A program made the position numbers and the translations under genes. Under the pieces are notes generated by a model. The model was not told the origin of the DNA, searched no databases, and saw only the letters and a list, made by a program, of their open reading frames with translations. This document shows positions 61,079 through 64,000 of a DNA stretch of 64,000 nt, in pieces (within the stretch, counting starts at the first letter, position 1; every line of letters starts with the position of its first letter). Source of the DNA: Candidatus Saccharimonadales bacterium (GTDB lineage Bacteria > Patescibacteriota > Saccharimonadia > Saccharimonadales > JBGSXW01); assembly GCA_041751215.1 (NCBI GenBank), contig JBGSXW010000005.1:195664-259663 (forward strand). Reading direction: 5' to 3'.

Positions 61079-63808
61079 GTGCAATTAGGAACTCTGGTGG
61101 CTGTTGAATGGTATAAAAAATCAGACAAAGAAGTATTTTCTAAGCTCGGCGTAAAACCACAACTGGGGTTAAGTATCGCTGAAGCGGCTCAGCGCTTGGA
61201 AAAATCTGGCAAAAACGAGCTTCATGCCGGAGCCAAAATTAATCCGCTAAAACTCTTTATTTCTCAGTTTCAGGACATTCTCATAGCGGTCTTGATTGTT
61301 GCAGCCATCGTCTCGTTAGTTTTGAGTTTGGTTGAAGGTCACAGCATGCCAACCGAGTCGATTTTAATTTTTGTAATTGTTCTAGCTATTGCAGTAATTG
61401 GATTTCTTAACGAGTACAAGGCGGAAAAAACGGTCGAAGCACTAAAAAAACTCGTTGGCCAAACAGCGCGAGTGCGCCGCGGCGGCAAAGAAATAGATAT
61501 TGATACTTCCGAACTAGTGCCAGGTGACATAGTACTTTTAAGCGAAGGCCAAAAGGTTCCAGGCGACCTAAGGCTATATCAAGTGAGATCACTGCAAATT
61601 AACGAGGCTTCGTTAACTGGAGAATCAGTTCCTGTTAGTAAAAAAACCTTTGCCATTAATAAAACGGCGGCACTAGGCGATCAAAAGTGCATGGCTTTTT
61701 CGGGAACAATTGTTACAACCGGTACAGCCGAGGGAGTCGCGGTTGAAACCGGCCAAGCCACTCAAATGGGTCACATAGCTGACTTAGTAAACGGAGTTCA
61801 AACCGAAGAAACACCCATGCAGCGAAAACTGGATTCACTCGGTCGCAAACTCAGCGTCTTAATTTTGGCAATTTGTGTGGTGGTATTCGCTGTAGTGTTT
61901 TTAGTCGATAACGACATAGCTGATGATCCACTCTTTGAGAGGCTAATATTTGCCTTTACGGTGGCAGTGGCACTAGCAGTTGCTGCAATTCCCGAGGGCT
62001 TGAGCTTTGTGGTTCGGATATCGCTAGCACTTGGTGCGCGTCGAATGGCCGCCAAGAACGCGTTGGTTCGTAAGCTCTCCGCCGTAGAAGCCTTAGGCTC
62101 AACAAACATTATTTGCTCAGATAAAACCGGCACCCTAACGCGGGGCGAGATGACAGTAAGAGAAGCCTGGACCGGTTCGATGTATGAGGTAGAGGGCAGC
62201 GGATACGGCGTCGAGGGTGGCTTTAAAAGTAGTGGCAAAGCTACAAAGCCTGATGCCCAGTTAGAGTTGCTGCTGCGCGTTGGGGTGCTTTGTAATAACG
62301 CCGCCCTAAAAGGCAAAGACACAATCAGTGGGGACCCAACCGAGGCTGCAATGTTGGTTTCTGGCGCCAAAGCCGGCCTGGAAAAGGCCGCGCTTAACAC
62401 TAAGTACAAACGCGTTAATGAGTTTCCGTTTAGCTCAGAGCGCAAACGTATGAGCACTGTCCATCACGGCGAACGAAACTATTTTGTTGCGACCAAAGGT
62501 GCTCCAGATGTCATTTTAGATTACTGTGATCAGATTATGATCAACGGCAAAGTCCAGAAACTAACCGACGCGCTTCGCAAACAAGTCTTAGATGCAAACG
62601 AACAAATGGCTAAGAACGCACTGAGAGTTCTCGGGTTTGCGTACAAAGAATCCAGCGCTCAACCTAAGTCTGCCAAAGACGGCGAGGCTGGGCTTGTCTT
62701 TGTTGGCTTGCAAGGAATTATGGATCCGCCCCGTGAAGAAGTAGCTGAAGTAATTAACCGTGTTCAAAGCGAAGCGGGCATGCGCGTAATCATGATCACG
62801 GGTGACTATATCGAAACTGCCAAGGCCGTTGCCGCCGAGATTAACATCAAAGGCGAGGCAATCTCGGGCCTTGAGCTAGATGAACTTAGCCAAGAAGAGT
62901 TCGAGAAAAAGGTTAATAAAATATCGGTTTACGCCCGGGTTAACCCCGAGCATAAGATCCGCATCGTGAAGGCCCTAAAGGCTCATGGACATCAAGTAGC
63001 GATGACTGGTGATGGGGTAAACGATGCGCCGGCCATTAAAGCAGCCGACATCGGAATTGCCATGGGAATAACTGGAACAGACGCCACCAAAGAAGCTGCA
63101 GATCTTATACTGCTAGACGACCAGTTCTTGACTATCATCAGCGCAATCGAGGAAGGCCGCGGGATTTTTGATAATGTGCGCAAGTTTGTGGCCTATTTGC
63201 TCGGCGCAAACATTGCCGAAGTAATGGTGGTATTTGGTGGCATTGTAATCCTGCAAGACCCAATCATGACGGCTACGCAGATTCTCTTCATTAACATCAT
63301 AACCGATGGCTTGCCGGCGGTGGCGCTGGGCTCAGACCCGGCAGAAAGGGGCATCATGCGCTACAAGCCCGTTCACTTTCAGGAGCAAATTATTAATCTC
63401 CGGATGTGGATCGAAATGTTTATCTTTGGCATAACTGCTGGGGCATTCTGCATTTGGCAGTTTTGGACACTCAGAGACGAGAACTACCAAGTTGCCGTGT
63501 CAGCCGTCTTTATGGCTATCGTCGTGTATGAACTGGTGCGATTGGTGGTGCTCAGAACGAATTACAAAATCAAATGGTTTAGCAATCCATGGTTGACGGT
63601 CGCAATTGTCGCATCGCTTATTGTACAGTTGGCAGTAATCTACATAACGCCAATTGCAAATCTGTTTAAGGTACAGCCAATACCCGCAAGTGCCTGGTTG
63701 GTAATTGCTGTGTGTTCAGTATTGTTATTAGTAATCATGAAAGTCTCGCGGCGTGTATTGATGGCTTTGATTCCAGAAGTTGCACCTAGAACTACCACTG
63801 TGCAATAA
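61079..63808 (+). CDS. P2-type cation-transporting P-type ATPase (Ca2+-ATPase-like)
   Basis: 909 aa. Motifs present are TGES, PEGL (AIPEGLSFVV), CSDKTGTLT, MITGD and MTGDGVNDAPAIKAADIG, with 10 predicted TM segments. GTG start. Confidence 0.9.
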   Translation: MQLGTLVAVEWYKKSDKEVFSKLGVKPQLGLSIAEAAQRLEKSGKNELHAGAKINPLKLFISQFQDILIAVLIVAAIVSLVLSLVEGHSMPTESILIFVIVLAIAVIGFLNEYKAEKTVEALKKLVGQTARVRRGGKEIDIDTSELVPGDIVLLSEGQKVPGDLRLYQVRSLQINEASLTGESVPVSKKTFAINKTAALGDQKCMAFSGTIVTTGTAEGVAVETGQATQMGHIADLVNGVQTEETPMQRKLDSLGRKLSVLILAICVVVFAVVFLVDNDIADDPLFERLIFAFTVAVALAVAAIPEGLSFVVRISLALGARRMAAKNALVRKLSAVEALGSTNIICSDKTGTLTRGEMTVREAWTGSMYEVEGSGYGVEGGFKSSGKATKPDAQLELLLRVGVLCNNAALKGKDTISGDPTEAAMLVSGAKAGLEKAALNTKYKRVNEFPFSSERKRMSTVHHGERNYFVATKGAPDVILDYCDQIMINGKVQKLTDALRKQVLDANEQMAKNALRVLGFAYKESSAQPKSAKDGEAGLVFVGLQGIMDPPREEVAEVINRVQSEAGMRVIMITGDYIETAKAVAAEINIKGEAISGLELDELSQEEFEKKVNKISVYARVNPEHKIRIVKALKAHGHQVAMTGDGVNDAPAIKAADIGIAMGITGTDATKEAADLILLDDQFLTIISAIEEGRGIFDNVRKFVAYLLGANIAEVMVVFGGIVILQDPIMTATQILFINIITDGLPAVALGSDPAERGIMRYKPVHFQEQIINLRMWIEMFIFGITAGAFCIWQFWTLRDENYQVAVSAVFMAIVVYELVRLVVLRTNYKIKWFSNPWLTVAIVASLIVQLAVIYITPIANLFKVQPIPASAWLVIAVCSVLLLVIMKVSRRVLMALIPEVAPRTTTVQ

Positions 63809-63848
63809 TAAGCATTAGCTTAACGAAATAACATATAAAACAAAACTA

Positions 63849-63877
63849 TTGACAAATAAGCAAAAGCACTATATAGT
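63849..63877 (+). promoter_or_regulatory. sigma70-type promoter
   Basis: TTGACA (63849..63854), a 17-nt spacer, then TATAGT (63872..63877). Confidence 0.6.
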
Positions 63878-63913
63878 AAGAGCTGTCATAAACAAAACAA
63901 AAGGAAAAAAATC

Positions 63914-64000
63914 ATGGCCACAGCAACCAAGAAAAAAACCAGCACCACAAATAGCGATGAGGCTAAAGAACTCTTAGCAAAAATGGATATAAAGAAGAAC
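63914..64000 (+). CDS. N-terminal fragment of an unidentified CDS running off the window
   Basis: The ATG follows AAGGA. The frame is open to the window end (MATATKKKTSTTNSDEAKELLAKMDIKKN...). Confidence 0.35.
   Translation, partial: MATATKKKTSTTNSDEAKELLAKMDIKKN

Noticed and set aside
61339-62457. Antisense ORFs within the P-type ATPase gene (61339..61530, 61407..61592, 61798..62457).
   Set aside because: They lie fully inside a 909-aa gene that carries all P-type ATPase motifs, and they have no independent signals.

Overview
This is a gene-dense bacterial chromosomal window of about 64 kb with roughly 90 plausible CDSs on both strands and moderate GC. I found no rRNA, CRISPR array, transposase or integrase, and no defence system I can recognise. 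There are three canonical tRNAs: Asn-GUU, an initiator-type Met-CAU, and an elongator-type CAU. The gene content includes an archaeal-type AspRS, a type IV pilin, a heliorhodopsin, many small secreted or membrane-anchored proteins of unknown function, little metabolism, and many TATAAT-N6-9-ATG leaderless starts. That mix is what I would expect from a reduced-genome Patescibacteria/CPR lineage such as Saccharimonadia, but this taxonomy is inference only. Recognisable housekeeping genes are nadD, 5-formyl-THF cyclo-ligase, corA, aspS, trmB, a Mur ligase, dus, trxA, lnt-like, lepB, an ABC-2 exporter, MscS, a CPA2 antiporter and a P2-type ATPase. The items most worth a second look are:
1. A roughly 160-190-nt extended-hairpin intergenic element. 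It has four full copies and one truncated copy, shows compensatory base changes, and matches no RNA family I know.
2. A tRNA-Asn locus with a T-arm-interrupted second Asn-like gene, two orphan tRNA 5' halves that break at the anticodon loop, and a GIY-YIG ORF that terminates inside the canonical tRNA.
3. A surface-protein cluster at 34.3-41.7 kb. It combines WxL-like and DUF916-like (Csc-type) proteins with a phage-tail-fibre-like SGNH esterase.
4. A cobalamin riboswitch in front of an uncharacterised 492-aa Cys-cluster protein.
5. A GC-rich islet encoding two stand-alone RNA polymerase alpha-CTD-like proteins.
6. A tandem array of four secreted paralogs with a conserved leader and a diversified body.
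7. A heliorhodopsin.
All calls come from reading the sequence and the ORF track. No searches were run. Coordinates of non-ORF features are accurate to about +/-2 nt.
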